From contig LUCC01000004.1 in the NCBI GenBank assembly GCA_001593855.1, positions 1 through 37,703 on the forward strand: a DNA stretch of 37,703 nt, given 5' to 3'. A program made the position numbers and the translations under genes. The stretch comes from Candidatus Hecatellales archaeon B24 (GTDB lineage: Archaea > Thermoproteota > Bathyarchaeia > Hecatellales > Hecatellaceae). Positions 8,518 through 18,627 of this stretch are shown here, one piece after another. A model generated the notes under the pieces. The model was not told the DNA's origin. It made no database searches and saw only the letters and a program-made list of their open reading frames with translations. Within the stretch, counting starts at the first letter, position 1. Each line of letters opens with the position of its first letter.

Positions 8518-10045
8518 CTCCCCTTCTATTTTTACCTGCCTCCTGGAGGAGGGCGCTTATACCGCTTAGGAAGGCTTCAACGCTTGCCATCACAATGTCT
8601 CCTCTGGCTCCGCTTGCCGTAATGGTTTTGTTTCCCATTCTAACTCTTACGACAACTTCAACCACGGCGTCGGTTCCACCTGTAATAGACTTAACGTAGT
8701 AGTCTTCCAGCCTTATGTCAGCCACTTCTTTTCCCACCTTCCTTATAGCGTTGATAGCTGCGTCCACCGGCCCTACACCCGTGGCAGACTCAAGGATTTC
8801 CCTGCCGTTCACTTCAAGCCTAACAGAAGCTGTAGGCGTAACATTGTTTCCGGTGATTACCGTTAACTCCTTAAGCTTTATAGGTCTCACCACTGGTACG
8901 CCCATCACGGCTTCAGCTATAGCCCGCAGGTCAGCGTCCGTAACGGTTTTACCCATATCCCCCAGCTGCTTAACCCTGTTGAACACCTCCTTAAGCTGCT
9001 CCTGGCTTAGCTTCAGCCTCCAAGAGCGAAGCAGAGTTTCAATTCCAGCGGTTCCAGCATGTTTTCCAACTACAAACCTGCGTTTAACGCCTACAAGGTC
9101 GGGGGTTAAAGGCTCGTAGGTTGAAGGGCACTTAAGTATTCCGTCAACGTGTATTCCAGACTCATGGGTGAAAGCGTTTTCACCTACCACAGCCTTGTTG
9201 GGCTGAACCGGGATGCCTGTAAGCCTTGAAACAAGCCTTGAAACCTCGTAGATTTTACTGGTTTTAATCGTGGAGCGGACGCCTAGGAGGCATAGGGCTC
9301 CAACAACAACTTCCTCCAGCGGAGCGTTTCCAGCTCTCTCCCCAAGCCCGTTAATCGTAACATGCGCCTGAAGAGCACCAGCCCTCAAAGCTTGAAGCGT
9401 GTTAGCCGTGGCCATACCGAAATCGTTGTGGCAATGGGCGCTGACAGGCACACCCTTAAACTCGCTGCAGATTTCCGAGAAGAATTCGTAAGCCCTATCT
9501 GGGGTTAGAATTCCAACAGTGTCGCAGACGCAGAGGCTGTCCGCTCCTGCCTCCAGTCCTCTCCTGAAGAATTCCTTGAGAAATTTCATGTCACTTCTGG
9601 AGGCGTCTTCCGCTGAAAGTTCAACCAGCAGCCCGTGCTCCTTAGCGTAGTCTACACACCTCTCGGAAACCTCGAGAATTTCCTCCGTCTTCTTTTTAAC
9701 CTTATGCTCTAAGTGGATTGGAGATGTGGGAACTACCAGGTGTATTCCGTCAACATCTGCCTTAGCAGCTAGGTCTATGTCTTCTATCACAGCTCTGCTC
9801 ATACTGTAAATGTTCGCCTTCAAGCCTTCCTTAGCCATAAGTTTTAGAGCTTGAAAGTCTCCTTCCGAAACCCTGGCGAAGCCTCCTTCGATAATGTTTA
9901 CGCCGAGGCTGTCTAATGCTTTCGCTATTCTAAGCTTTCTGTCTGGGGTTAGAGAAACTCCGGGGGTTTGCTCTCCATCCCTTAGCGTAGTGTCGAAAAC
10001 CTTGAATTTCCGGGGTTTTCTGTTAGAAGCTAATAAAGCGACCAC
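8498..10045 (-). CDS. cimA: (R)-citramalate synthase / isopropylmalate synthase family
   Basis: DTTLRDGEQ, HCHND, GERAGN, C-terminal regulatory domain; HLVVPTSPIH and LSAEDA favour archaeal CimA over LeuA. Confidence 0.8.
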   Translation of the reverse strand: MVALLASNRKPRKFKVFDTTLRDGEQTPGVSLTPDRKLRIAKALDSLGVNIIEGGFARVSEGDFQALKLMAKEGLKANIYSMSRAVIEDIDLAAKADVDGIHLVVPTSPIHLEHKVKKKTEEILEVSERCVDYAKEHGLLVELSAEDASRSDMKFLKEFFRRGLEAGADSLCVCDTVGILTPDRAYEFFSEICSEFKGVPVSAHCHNDFGMATANTLQALRAGALQAHVTINGLGERAGNAPLEEVVVGALCLLGVRSTIKTSKIYEVSRLVSRLTGIPVQPNKAVVGENAFTHESGIHVDGILKCPSTYEPLTPDLVGVKRRFVVGKHAGTAGIETLLRSWRLKLSQEQLKEVFNRVKQLGDMGKTVTDADLRAIAEAVMGVPVVRPIKLKELTVITGNNVTPTASVRLEVNGREILESATGVGPVDAAINAIRKVGKEVADIRLEDYYVKSITGGTDAVVEVVVRVRMGNKTITASGARGDIVMASVEAFLSGISALLQEAGKNRRGASRKSP

Positions 10046-10117
10046 CCATCACATATCCCCTTCCGTCAAGCCTGAACGCTGAAAGCCTTCAAAACTATTC
10101 CATAGTAACATATAAAC

Positions 10118-10681
10118 TTAGTCCTCATAATGGATTATTTTCTCCTTCTCAAGTTTCACGTGAAGCTTGTTCACAGCCTCGTAGACTTCCTCCTCCTTCT
10201 TGGCTCCGGTGCATACTAGCTTCCCGCTGGAGAAGAGAAGGATTACCACTTTAGGGTTGTCCATCCGGTAAATCAACCCTGGAAACTGCTCAGGCTCATA
10301 CATAGTTTTGCTGAGCATGTAGGTTGCCTTCTCCAAGTCTATTTTTCCCCCCAGGCTTGCTGAAGCCACAATATTCTGAATTTGAATTTTAGGTTTCCCA
10401 ACGATGACTATCCCATGGCTTTTAAGCTCCTTAACCACTTTTTCCACGGCTTTAATGGCTAGGTTTTCAGATTTAGCTCCAGTACAAACCATTTTGCCTG
10501 AGCTAAAAATCAAGGTTGCAGTCTTAGGCTTTTTAAGCCTGAAAACAAGGCCTGGAAACTGTTCAGGCCGGTATTCAGCCATGGGGAAAAGCTTTGTTAT
10601 GGCTTCCAAGTCAACGTTGTGGTTGAGGACGGCGGAAGCAACCACGTTCTCAATATTTACAGTGGGCTTAACCTTAGGCAC
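10118..10681 (-). CDS. tbp: TATA-box-binding protein
   Basis: Two repeats of NVVAS/NIVAS...YxPEQFPGL...LIFSSGKxVCTGAK. Confidence 0.98.
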   Translation of the reverse strand: MPKVKPTVNIENVVASAVLNHNVDLEAITKLFPMAEYRPEQFPGLVFRLKKPKTATLIFSSGKMVCTGAKSENLAIKAVEKVVKELKSHGIVIVGKPKIQIQNIVASASLGGKIDLEKATYMLSKTMYEPEQFPGLIYRMDNPKVVILLFSSGKLVCTGAKKEEEVYEAVNKLHVKLEKEKIIHYED

Positions 10682-10736
10682 CTAGGTTTTCCTCCACCTT
10701 AAGTTTATCCTAAGACAAATAAAGTTTCCCAACAAC

Positions 10737-10746
10737 AATATAAAAA
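10737..10746 (-). promoter_or_regulatory. Putative TATA box of tbp
   Basis: Minus-strand TTTTTATATT about 55 nt upstream of the GTG start; SD-like GGTGGAGG at 10691-10698. Confidence 0.5.
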
Positions 10747-10759
10747 CTGAACTCTACCC

Positions 10760-11281
10760 TTATTTCTTCCTTCCACGCTCCACTGCTACCCTGGCAAACT
10801 CAACTAGGTTAAGCACGACGAGAATAGCTATAATTATGCTTATAATGGTGAAGCCTAACTCGCTTTTGGCGAACATGAAAAGCCAGCCGAGCAGGGGGAT
10901 ACGGAGAACCACTTTACCCCTAATGTCTTCAGGCTTAACCAAGTAGCTGTCAGGCCCAGGATTATTATCTCCCTTAGTCCGGAAGCCTACAAGCTGATTG
11001 TTTTCGTCGTATACCACCTGGTATATCCGGTGGACCCAAGGGTCTTTACTGTAGGGAGTATCGAAAACTATGATGGGTTTATCTTTAAGGCTGTTGTATT
11101 CCTGAACAAGCTGTTCAGGGGTTACACGCTTAAGGACGATGAGGTCTCCAACCATGAGAGTTGGCTCCATGCTCCTGCTCGGAACATAGTAAACGCTTTT
11201 GGTGTAAGTTAAAGTAAGCCACAGTCCTGAAAGCACCAAAACAATCAGCAGCACGGTTTTGAAGGATTTATCTTCTTTCAT
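10760..11281 (-). CDS. Signal peptidase I (archaeal Sec11/SipW type)
   Basis: SRSMEPTL..GD, WVHRI, TKGDNN..PD, terminal TM helices. Confidence 0.93.
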   Translation of the reverse strand: MKEDKSFKTVLLIVLVLSGLWLTLTYTKSVYYVPSRSMEPTLMVGDLIVLKRVTPEQLVQEYNSLKDKPIIVFDTPYSKDPWVHRIYQVVYDENNQLVGFRTKGDNNPGPDSYLVKPEDIRGKVVLRIPLLGWLFMFAKSELGFTIISIIIAILVVLNLVEFARVAVERGRKK

Positions 11282-11353
11282 CCCCGTTAACCCTTAAACC
11301 CTCGATGCTTCCAGGTTCATCCTACCCCTGTAGAATAGTTATTAAAAGAGTTT

Positions 11354-14251
11354 ATGGTTTTCCCTAGGAGGGGGCTGATGAAGCAGAGGGGCGGAGAAAA
11401 CGTTTTCTCCCTGCTGGTTAAACCCTTAAGGAAAGCCGTAAAGGAGAGAGGCTTCTCCAGTCCAACCCAGCCTCAAAGAGAAGCCATCCCCCCAATCTTG
11501 GAAGGCGAAAACGTCCTGTTAATAGCTCCCACCGGAACGGGGAAAACTGAGGCGGCAATTCTACCCATCCTCAACAATTTCCTTTTAATGCCTGAGAAGC
11601 CTCTGGGAGTGAAAATCCTGTACATCACGCCTTTAAGAGCCTTAAACAGAGACCTTCTGGAAAGGCTTGAATGGTGGTGTAACAAGCTTGACATCAAAGT
11701 GGCTGTCAGACATGGGGACACCGAGGTTGGAGAGCGGAGCAGGCAGGCCAGAAGCCCCCCCGACATGCTTATAACCACTCCTGAAACCCTTCAAGCCATC
11801 CTGCCAGGCAGGGTGATGCGCCGCCACCTCAAAGCCGTGAGATGGGTTATCGTAGACGAGGTTCACGAGCTAGCCTGCGACAAGCGTGGAGCCCAGCTTG
11901 CCCTAGGCCTTGAAAGGCTTAGAAGGATTGTAGGATTCGACTTCCAGCGGGTGGGGCTTTCAGCAACCATAGGCTCCCCTGAAAGGGTTGCCCGTTTCCT
12001 CGTAGGCTCCAACCGCCCCTACAAAATCGTCAAGGTTCCAGTAGCAAGAGACATGAGCCTCCAAGTGCTCTACGTCAAGCCTGAACCTGGAGACGAGGAG
12101 GCAGCTGCTAAACTTTACACGCATCCTGAGGTTGCGGCGAGGCTTAGGGTTATCCGCAGCCTCATAGAGAAGCACGGCTCGGTGCTGCTGTTCACTAACA
12201 CCCGTGCTGTAGCCGAGGTTCTGGCAAGCCGCTTCAAGGTTTGGGACTTAGATTTCCCCGTAAGTATTCACCACGGAAGCCTTGCTAAGCCCTCCCGGAT
12301 AATGGCTGAGCAGGGGCTGAAGTCTGGAAGCCTTAAAGGGCTTGTGTGCACCAGCTCCCTAGAGCTTGGAATAGACGTGGGAAGAGTGGACCTGGTTATC
12401 CAGTATAACTCGCCTAGGCAGGTTACAAGGCTTATCCAGCGGGTTGGAAGAAGCGGCCACAAGATTGGCAGGATATCTAAGGGAGTCGTCATAACGCTGG
12501 ACTCCGACGACACCATGGAGGCCATGGTTATCGCTAGGAGGGCGCTGGCTGAAGAGTTGGAGCCAGTTCAGATACCTGAAAAGCCCTACGACGCCTTATG
12601 CCATCAGCTGGCAGGGCTTCTAACCGAGCGGAACCGCTGGAGGTATCTGGAGGTCTTAGAGGTCTTCGGCAGAGCCTACCCCTACGAGGGCCTCACCTCA
12701 ACGGACCTAGAGAAGGTTTTATCCTACATGCATGACAGGTATCCGAGGCTTGCCTGGGTTGCCTTCGAAGACAAGGTTTTCCTTCGCCCCCAACGCTTGA
12801 AAAGCCTCTACGAATACTACTTTGGAAATCTCTCCATGATCCCCGACGAGAAACAGTATCTGGTAGTAGACCAGACTACGGACACCCCTGTAGGCGTCCT
12901 AGATGAAGCCTTCGTAGCCGAGTACGGTGAGCCTGGAATCAAGTTTATCGTTAGGGGAAGCCCCTGGAAGATAACCGCTGTCTACGGGGACCGCATATAC
13001 GTTAAGCCTGTGAACGACCCCACCGGGGCTATTCCAAGCTGGGTTGGAGAGGAAATCCCTGTCCCCCTAGAGGTCGCCTTAGAGGTTGGAGCCATCCGAA
13101 GGTTCGTGGAAGAGCAGGTTAAAGCCGGGGTAAAGGAGAAAGAAATAGTTAGAGAGCTCTCAGCCAGGTATCCGGCTTCCCCCTCAACGGTGTTCGAAGC
13201 CATCCGGGAGGTTGTCGAGCAGGCTGAGAAAGGATTTCCCATCCCCACAGACAAGCTGATAACAGTTGAAGAGTGGCGGGGCTACCTCATCGTTCAATGC
13301 TGCTTCGGAACCCTTGTAAACCGGACGCTTGCCAGAGTTATAGGCCAAATCCTATCCGAAGAATATGGTGAAGACGTAAGAGTTCAGGAGGACCCCTACC
13401 GGATAGTGGTTGAAAAGGCGGGAGGCCTCACAGGAGAAGCCATGAAAAGCCTCCTCCTAGAGCTTCCAAGCAGAGACGTGAAACGCATAGCCCTAGAGGC
13501 AGCTGCAAAGACAGGCCTCTTTAAGCACAGGCTAATCCACGTTGCAAGAAAGTTTGGAGCCGTCGCCAAGGGTGCAGACTTCACAGACTTCAGCCTCCGC
13601 CAGCTTGTCAGAAGCTTTGAAAACACGGTGGTCTTCGAGGAGGCTCTGAAAGACATGGAAGCCAACGACATGGACCTGCCTGGCCTCCTCCACGTTTTAG
13701 AGCTTATACGTGAAGGCGAAATAAGGGTTGCCACGGTCAAGAAGCGTAGGGTTCCAACCCCCATAGCCAGAATAGGCATTCAGAGGATAAGCAGGAAAAC
13801 CGATATCATTCCGTCTGAGAAGCTTAAGGGAATCCTCGTGGAGTCTGCTAGGGCAAGACTTCTGAACGAAGCCCTAATCCTAACATGTGTAAACTGCTGG
13901 GAGTACGTGGAAAACGTCAGAGTTAAAAATCTTCCCGACCCCATCCAGTGTCCCTGCTGCGGCTCAGCCAGGGTGGGCATGGTTAAAGAGGCCCTAGAAG
14001 ACGTGCGGAGAATCGCCGAGAAGAGGGGTAGAAACCTTAAAGGAAGGGAGCAGCGGATTTTGAACACGGCCCTAGAGGCAGCTGAACTCGTAGAACGCTA
14101 CGGTTTTCCAGCGGCTGTAGCCCTCGCAGGCCACAGGCTGAAGCCTAAAGACGTTGAAAGCATACTTGAAAGAGAGCCTCAGCTTGGAGAACGCTTCTAC
14201 GAGCTGATTATAGAAGCTGAAAGAGAAGCCTTAAAGCGGAGGTTCTGGTAG
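11354..14251 (+). CDS. lhr: Lhr-type DEAD/DEAH-box helicase with C-terminal Cys-rich domain
   Basis: APTGTGKT, ITPLRAL, DEVHE, SAT, SSLELGID, QRVGRSGH, MIPDE; C-terminal CVNC and CPCC; true start may be 11378. Confidence 0.92.
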   Translation: MVFPRRGLMKQRGGENVFSLLVKPLRKAVKERGFSSPTQPQREAIPPILEGENVLLIAPTGTGKTEAAILPILNNFLLMPEKPLGVKILYITPLRALNRDLLERLEWWCNKLDIKVAVRHGDTEVGERSRQARSPPDMLITTPETLQAILPGRVMRRHLKAVRWVIVDEVHELACDKRGAQLALGLERLRRIVGFDFQRVGLSATIGSPERVARFLVGSNRPYKIVKVPVARDMSLQVLYVKPEPGDEEAAAKLYTHPEVAARLRVIRSLIEKHGSVLLFTNTRAVAEVLASRFKVWDLDFPVSIHHGSLAKPSRIMAEQGLKSGSLKGLVCTSSLELGIDVGRVDLVIQYNSPRQVTRLIQRVGRSGHKIGRISKGVVITLDSDDTMEAMVIARRALAEELEPVQIPEKPYDALCHQLAGLLTERNRWRYLEVLEVFGRAYPYEGLTSTDLEKVLSYMHDRYPRLAWVAFEDKVFLRPQRLKSLYEYYFGNLSMIPDEKQYLVVDQTTDTPVGVLDEAFVAEYGEPGIKFIVRGSPWKITAVYGDRIYVKPVNDPTGAIPSWVGEEIPVPLEVALEVGAIRRFVEEQVKAGVKEKEIVRELSARYPASPSTVFEAIREVVEQAEKGFPIPTDKLITVEEWRGYLIVQCCFGTLVNRTLARVIGQILSEEYGEDVRVQEDPYRIVVEKAGGLTGEAMKSLLLELPSRDVKRIALEAAAKTGLFKHRLIHVARKFGAVAKGADFTDFSLRQLVRSFENTVVFEEALKDMEANDMDLPGLLHVLELIREGEIRVATVKKRRVPTPIARIGIQRISRKTDIIPSEKLKGILVESARARLLNEALILTCVNCWEYVENVRVKNLPDPIQCPCCGSARVGMVKEALEDVRRIAEKRGRNLKGREQRILNTALEAAELVERYGFPAAVALAGHRLKPKDVESILEREPQLGERFYELIIEAEREALKRRFW

Positions 14252-14255
14252 AGCC

Positions 14256-14891
14256 TTGAAAGCCAGAGGAGTCCTAGTGCTGGCTGGAGGTGAAAGCAGA
14301 AGGCTTAAGGTTCCATGCAAGGCTCTGCTTGACTTCGGAGGCCAGCCTCTCATAGCCCGCGTGGTAAGCCAAGCCTTAAAAGTTTCCAGCCTAATCGTAG
14401 TGTCCCTGGCTAAAAACACCAGCCCAGCAGACTTCCGAAGAGTGCTTCCAGGCGAAGTTGAATTTGTTAAAGACCGGTTTGAAGGTTTAGGCCCCCTAGA
14501 AGGCTTCCGCCATGGAATGAAAAGGCTTGGCGAGCTTGGTGTAGAGTATGCTCTGGCTTTAGCCTGCGACCTCCCATTCCTGAACGTTGAAGCCTTAAGC
14601 TTCATGCTGGAGGAAGCGGAGAAGCTTGGGGTGGAAGCCTTAATTCCACGGTGGCCTAATGGCTTCACTGAGGCCCTTCACAGCGTATACCAGCCTGAAC
14701 CCATGGGTAAAGCTTCAGATGAAGCCTTAAACGCCGGTCAACACCTGATAATGGACGCTGTTAAAAGGCTTAAGCAGGTTTTCTACTTGGATGTGGACAG
14801 GCTTAGAAGATTTGACCCCCAGCTTTCAACTTTAACCAACATAAACACGAGGCAGGACCTGGAAGAGGCTCTGGCAAAGCTTAAAGGCTAA
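14256..14891 (+). CDS. mobA: MobA-like nucleotidyltransferase (molybdenum cofactor guanylyltransferase family)
   Basis: LAGGESRRL...KALL, GPLEG, ACDLPF, NINTRQDL. Confidence 0.82.
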   Translation: MKARGVLVLAGGESRRLKVPCKALLDFGGQPLIARVVSQALKVSSLIVVSLAKNTSPADFRRVLPGEVEFVKDRFEGLGPLEGFRHGMKRLGELGVEYALALACDLPFLNVEALSFMLEEAEKLGVEALIPRWPNGFTEALHSVYQPEPMGKASDEALNAGQHLIMDAVKRLKQVFYLDVDRLRRFDPQLSTLTNINTRQDLEEALAKLKG

Positions 14892-14930
14892 AATGTGGTT
14901 CTCCCAGAGAATAACTTCGGAGGCTTAATC

Positions 14931-16019
14931 ATGGTTAGAGTTGCAGGCGTCGACCCTGGAACAGGAAGCTTCGACGTATGCATTCTCGAAGATGGAAGCT
15001 TCATCCACGGAGAAACACTTCCAACAGGCGAAGTCTTCCGCAGGCCAGAGCTCCTAGTGGAATGCCTGGCCAAGGCCGGTCCCTTAGACCTTATCGCAGG
15101 CCCCTCCGGCCACGGTCTTCCGCTGAAGCCTCTATCGCAGGCGGGCGACAGCGAGCTTAGGCTGGCAGCCTTAGTTAAAAGCCGGAGGGCTGAAAGCACT
15201 CTAGGGCTTCGAAGGGTTCTCGGTAAGCTTAAGTCTTCAGGACTGCCCGTGGTGATGCTGCCTTCAGTTAAATACCTGCCAACGGTTCCAGTCCACCGGA
15301 AAATTAACAGGGTCGACCTTGGAACGGCTGACAAGCTCTGCGTGGCAGCCCTCGGAATAGCCGACCAGGCTGAAAGGCAGGGTGTTTCCTTCAGCAGAAC
15401 CTCTTTCATCCTTGCCGAGCTTGGCTTCGCCTTCACAGCTCTCCTCGCCGTTAGAAAAGGAGCTGTGATAGCAGGCTTAGGCGGAACCGTGGGAAGCCTG
15501 GGCTTTCTTTCTCCTGGAGGCCTAGACGGGGAGGTCGCCTATCTGCTTGGTAGGGTTTCAAAGAAAACCCTTATTGGAGGGGGCGCCTTCCACGCTTCAG
15601 GGCTTCCCCAGCCTGAGCCTGAAAGGCTGGCTTCTGAAGCCTTGAAAGGAGAGCCGCAGTGCAGGGCTGCCTGGGAAGCCTACATGGAAGGCTTAGCTGG
15701 AAACGTAGCCTACCTAACCGCCGCCACAGGAAAACCAAGGGAAATACTTGTCTCCGGAAGGCTTTCAAGGGTTAAGCCGTTCTTTGCGGAGGCTTCTAAA
15801 AGGCTGAAAAGGTTTGCCCCAGTTAGGAGGCTGGAGGGCTTCACTGGGAAGGTTAAGCAGGCTGCTCAGGGTGCCGCCCTTCTAGCCGACGGGCTGGCTG
15901 GGGGAAAATATGAAGGCTTAATAGAGTGTTTAAGGCTGAGGGAGGCTGGAGGAGGCCTCCTAGACTATATCCACCTTGAAGGCTTCAGCAAGGTTAAACG
16001 TAGAATGCTTAGGGGCTAG
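14931..16019 (+). CDS. DUF1464-family ASKHA (butyrate kinase-like) protein
   Basis: MVRVAGVDPGTGSFD, GPSGHG, NRVDLGTADK, KQAAQGAALLADGLAGG. Confidence 0.8.
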   Translation: MVRVAGVDPGTGSFDVCILEDGSFIHGETLPTGEVFRRPELLVECLAKAGPLDLIAGPSGHGLPLKPLSQAGDSELRLAALVKSRRAESTLGLRRVLGKLKSSGLPVVMLPSVKYLPTVPVHRKINRVDLGTADKLCVAALGIADQAERQGVSFSRTSFILAELGFAFTALLAVRKGAVIAGLGGTVGSLGFLSPGGLDGEVAYLLGRVSKKTLIGGGAFHASGLPQPEPERLASEALKGEPQCRAAWEAYMEGLAGNVAYLTAATGKPREILVSGRLSRVKPFFAEASKRLKRFAPVRRLEGFTGKVKQAAQGAALLADGLAGGKYEGLIECLRLREAGGGLLDYIHLEGFSKVKRRMLRG

Positions 16020-16690
16020 AAGAGCTCCCTGCAAGCCTCCAGTTTGAAGCCGTACCTTGAAAGGATGGAGGCAAGCTTCTCCATGGTCTCTTCAGCTTCT
16101 GAGCCTGGGGCAACCCTGCTTACGAGGCTTCTGTAGCCGGCTATAAGCCTTGCAAGCCTGTCAGCTTCGCCTCTTCTTCCAGCCTTGGAATACGCCAGAA
16201 CTCTCGTAGCGTGGATTATGCTTTCCACAGCCGCAAATCCGGCTCTGCAGTAGGCTTCAGGAAGCCTTGGAAGGGCTTTAACCCTCAGAATTCTGCCCTT
16301 AAACAGCCCCCTACCCTCAAAGGCTTCTCCGCTGGAAATTTCAACTTCAAGCCAGCCGTAGGCATTCCTAAGCCTCGGCGCCTTAACCTTCAAAGCTGGC
16401 AGGAAGATGTCTTCAGGAAGCTCTCCGACCTCTGGCTCACCCTTGAAGGCTGTGGAAAGGAAAAGCTTGGGGCTGCCTGTAAGGTTAACCGTGCACTGCC
16501 TTTGGCTTTCAAGGTTGCGGTAGGTCCAGGTTTCAACGTAGGGCCTGATGACGATGGTATCCCATCCCTCTAGGAGAACCCCCATGGGAGCTGCGTGGGG
16601 CTTCCCCTCAGCGGTATAGCTGGCGACTATAACCTCGACGATTCGGCCTGGCTGAAGTCCAAGCTTTCTCAAGGTTTCAGGAGAAACCAA
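16016..16690 (-). CDS. DUF447-family protein (split-barrel flavin-binding-like)
   Basis: EVIV...PHAAPMG...TYRNL...VNLT...RAGFAAVESIIHATR. Confidence 0.8.
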   Translation of the reverse strand: MVSPETLRKLGLQPGRIVEVIVASYTAEGKPHAAPMGVLLEGWDTIVIRPYVETWTYRNLESQRQCTVNLTGSPKLFLSTAFKGEPEVGELPEDIFLPALKVKAPRLRNAYGWLEVEISSGEAFEGRGLFKGRILRVKALPRLPEAYCRAGFAAVESIIHATRVLAYSKAGRRGEADRLARLIAGYRSLVSRVAPGSEAEETMEKLASILSRYGFKLEACRELF

Positions 16691-16749
16691 GGTTTCACCC
16701 TAAACTTTTACTTGGCGTAGGGGTTTAGAAGCCTTTAGGTTGCTTAGGC

Positions 16750-17529
16750 TTGAACATGAAGGTTTGGCTTCCCCGCTACAGGCGTATCGCAAACCTGTTA
16801 GGGTTAAGCATGGAAGCCGACTGGAAGGCCACTCTAAGGCTTGCCAGGCTGGCGGAAGGTAAAGCCGTAAAGCCATCAGAGGCAGCGAAGAGAATCTCCG
16901 GTAGAACCGTTTTCATCTTCGGGGCGGGGCCGTCTTTGGAGGCAGACCTTGAAAGGCTTTCCAAGGTAAACCTTCTCGGGCATGGGGTTTCCGTAGCTGC
17001 TGACGGAGCCACTTCAGCTCTCCTAGCCTTCAAAAAGGTTCCAAGCCTAGTGGTTTCCGACCTGGATGGAAGGGTCGGAGACCTTTTAAGGGCGGAAAGG
17101 CTTGGAGCCCTCATGGTTGTGCAAGGGCATGGCGACAACGTTGAAAGGCTTAACAGGCTTCTGCCAAAGTTTAGAAGGTTTCTGGCGACAACCCAGGTTA
17201 AACCTGTGAGAGGGCTTGTATATAATTTCGGAGGCTTCACCGACGGGGACAGAGCGGCTTTCCTAGCTGAAGCCCTGAAAGCCAGGCGGATAGTCCTAGC
17301 CGGAATGGACCTTGGCGAAACCGTTGGAAGGTTTTCCAAGCCCTGGCTTAAGGGTGAAGTTAAAGCCTCCCAGGCGAAAAAGGTTAAACTTGAAATCGCC
17401 CAGGAGCTTTTAGGCTGGCTGGCAGGCTGGGCTAAAGCGGAAATCTTAAACTTCACTCTGAAAGGCGAAGACATACCTGGCGTTAGAAGGATAAGCTTGA
17501 AAGGGCTTAAACGGCTTCTGAAGGCCTAG
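16750..17529 (+). CDS. mptE: 6-hydroxymethyl-7,8-dihydropterin pyrophosphokinase MptE (DUF115)
   Basis: GAGPSL, AADGA, VVSDLDG, HGDN, NFGGFTDGDRA, LAGMD. Confidence 0.87.
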   Translation: MNMKVWLPRYRRIANLLGLSMEADWKATLRLARLAEGKAVKPSEAAKRISGRTVFIFGAGPSLEADLERLSKVNLLGHGVSVAADGATSALLAFKKVPSLVVSDLDGRVGDLLRAERLGALMVVQGHGDNVERLNRLLPKFRRFLATTQVKPVRGLVYNFGGFTDGDRAAFLAEALKARRIVLAGMDLGETVGRFSKPWLKGEVKASQAKKVKLEIAQELLGWLAGWAKAEILNFTLKGEDIPGVRRISLKGLKRLLKA

Positions 17530-18364
17530 CTTCAACGTCCAGAACTATCTGATACCACCGAGGGCCAACGCTCCTAACAACTCTTCCAAACGCAGCCTTC
17601 AACCTAAAGCCCTCAAGGCTTCTTGGGATAAGCTTAAAGGCTTCGGTTAAAGCTTCCCCGCGGCCGGCTGCCTGAACGAAATCATAGTAATGAATCCATC
17701 CTCCCTGAGGTTTTAGGGCTTGAAGAGCGTAGGGCAGATATTCTCTGGCTTTCGCTGGGAGAGGCATGAGAACTCTGTCTGCCTGGCCTTTAAGCTTTTC
17801 CACCACGGTTTTAGCGTCGCCAAGCACGGGCTTAACAACTCCTATAAGCCTGTTAAGCAGGATGTTTTCCAGCATGTAACGGTATGCTTGAGGGTTCAAG
17901 TCTACAGAGTAAACCTTTGCGGGCTTGGCCTTCCTAGCGATTACTATGCTGAAGCATCCTACCCCCGCGAACATGTTGACAACGGTTTCTCCAGGCTGGA
18001 CGAGCCTGGCTACCCTGATTCTTTCATACTGAAGCCTAGGCGAAAAATAGGTTCGGGCAATGTCTGCTTTAAAAAGGCATCCATGCTCCCTGTGAACGGT
18101 TTCCGTCCGGCTTTCTCCGGCTAGATGCTGCAGCCTCCTAAGCCTGAACTCTCCCTCCACGGGTGAAGCCTGGCTGAAAACTGCTTTAACGTTGCCGTGA
18201 ACCTGCATGATGGCTTCCGCAAGTCTTCCTCCCAAAGGCTTAAGTCCGGGTGGAAGCCTTATGACGGCTAGGTCTCCTATAATTTCAAGGGAAGACTTAA
18301 GTTCGGCTGCTTCGCTCTCGGAGAGCAGGCTTTTAAGCTTCTCCTTTAAGCCTTTCCCACGCAA
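17507..18364 (-). CDS. Trm5/Taw2-family (Met-10+) SAM-dependent tRNA-modifying enzyme
   Basis: IIGDLAV, EHGC.F..D...YFSPRL..ER, NMFAGVG, DLNP, DRVLMPLP. Confidence 0.88.
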   Translation of the reverse strand: MRGKGLKEKLKSLLSESEAAELKSSLEIIGDLAVIRLPPGLKPLGGRLAEAIMQVHGNVKAVFSQASPVEGEFRLRRLQHLAGESRTETVHREHGCLFKADIARTYFSPRLQYERIRVARLVQPGETVVNMFAGVGCFSIVIARKAKPAKVYSVDLNPQAYRYMLENILLNRLIGVVKPVLGDAKTVVEKLKGQADRVLMPLPAKAREYLPYALQALKPQGGWIHYYDFVQAAGRGEALTEAFKLIPRSLEGFRLKAAFGRVVRSVGPRWYQIVLDVEARPSEAV

Positions 18365-18459
18365 GCCTTAAGCCCCCGCAGGCTTGGAAAGGTTTATTAG
18401 GCTTATTTGAGCCAGCCTTTAAGCTGGGTTAACCGTCTGGGAACGGGAGGCATGGCAGG

Positions 18460-18627
18460 ATGGCTTCAACCGGTAAAGGTGAAATATCCTATAAATGTGT
18501 CAGGTGCGGTAAAACGGTTTCCTACGAGTCCATTGTTGGAATGCCAGAGTTCAAGTGTCCTCACTGCGGCTACCGCATCCTCCAGAAGGTTAGGCCACCC
18601 ATAGTCAAGCAGATTAAAGCCCGGTAA
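18460..18627 (+). CDS. rpo12: DNA-directed RNA polymerase subunit P (Rpo12); absent from the ORF track
   Basis: Manual translation MASTGKGEISYKCVRCGKTVSYESIVGMPEFKCPHCGYRILQKVRPPIVKQIKAR* (55 aa); two CxxC and the GYRIL.K.RP signature. Confidence 0.93.
   Translation: MASTGKGEISYKCVRCGKTVSYESIVGMPEFKCPHCGYRILQKVRPPIVKQIKAR

Noticed and set aside
16776..17474. Long antisense ORFs (this 232-aa one, also 34127-34729, 26020-26553, 14888-15436 and similar)
   Set aside because: Shadows of well-supported genes on the opposite strand, with Ser/Pro/Phe-rich non-protein-like composition
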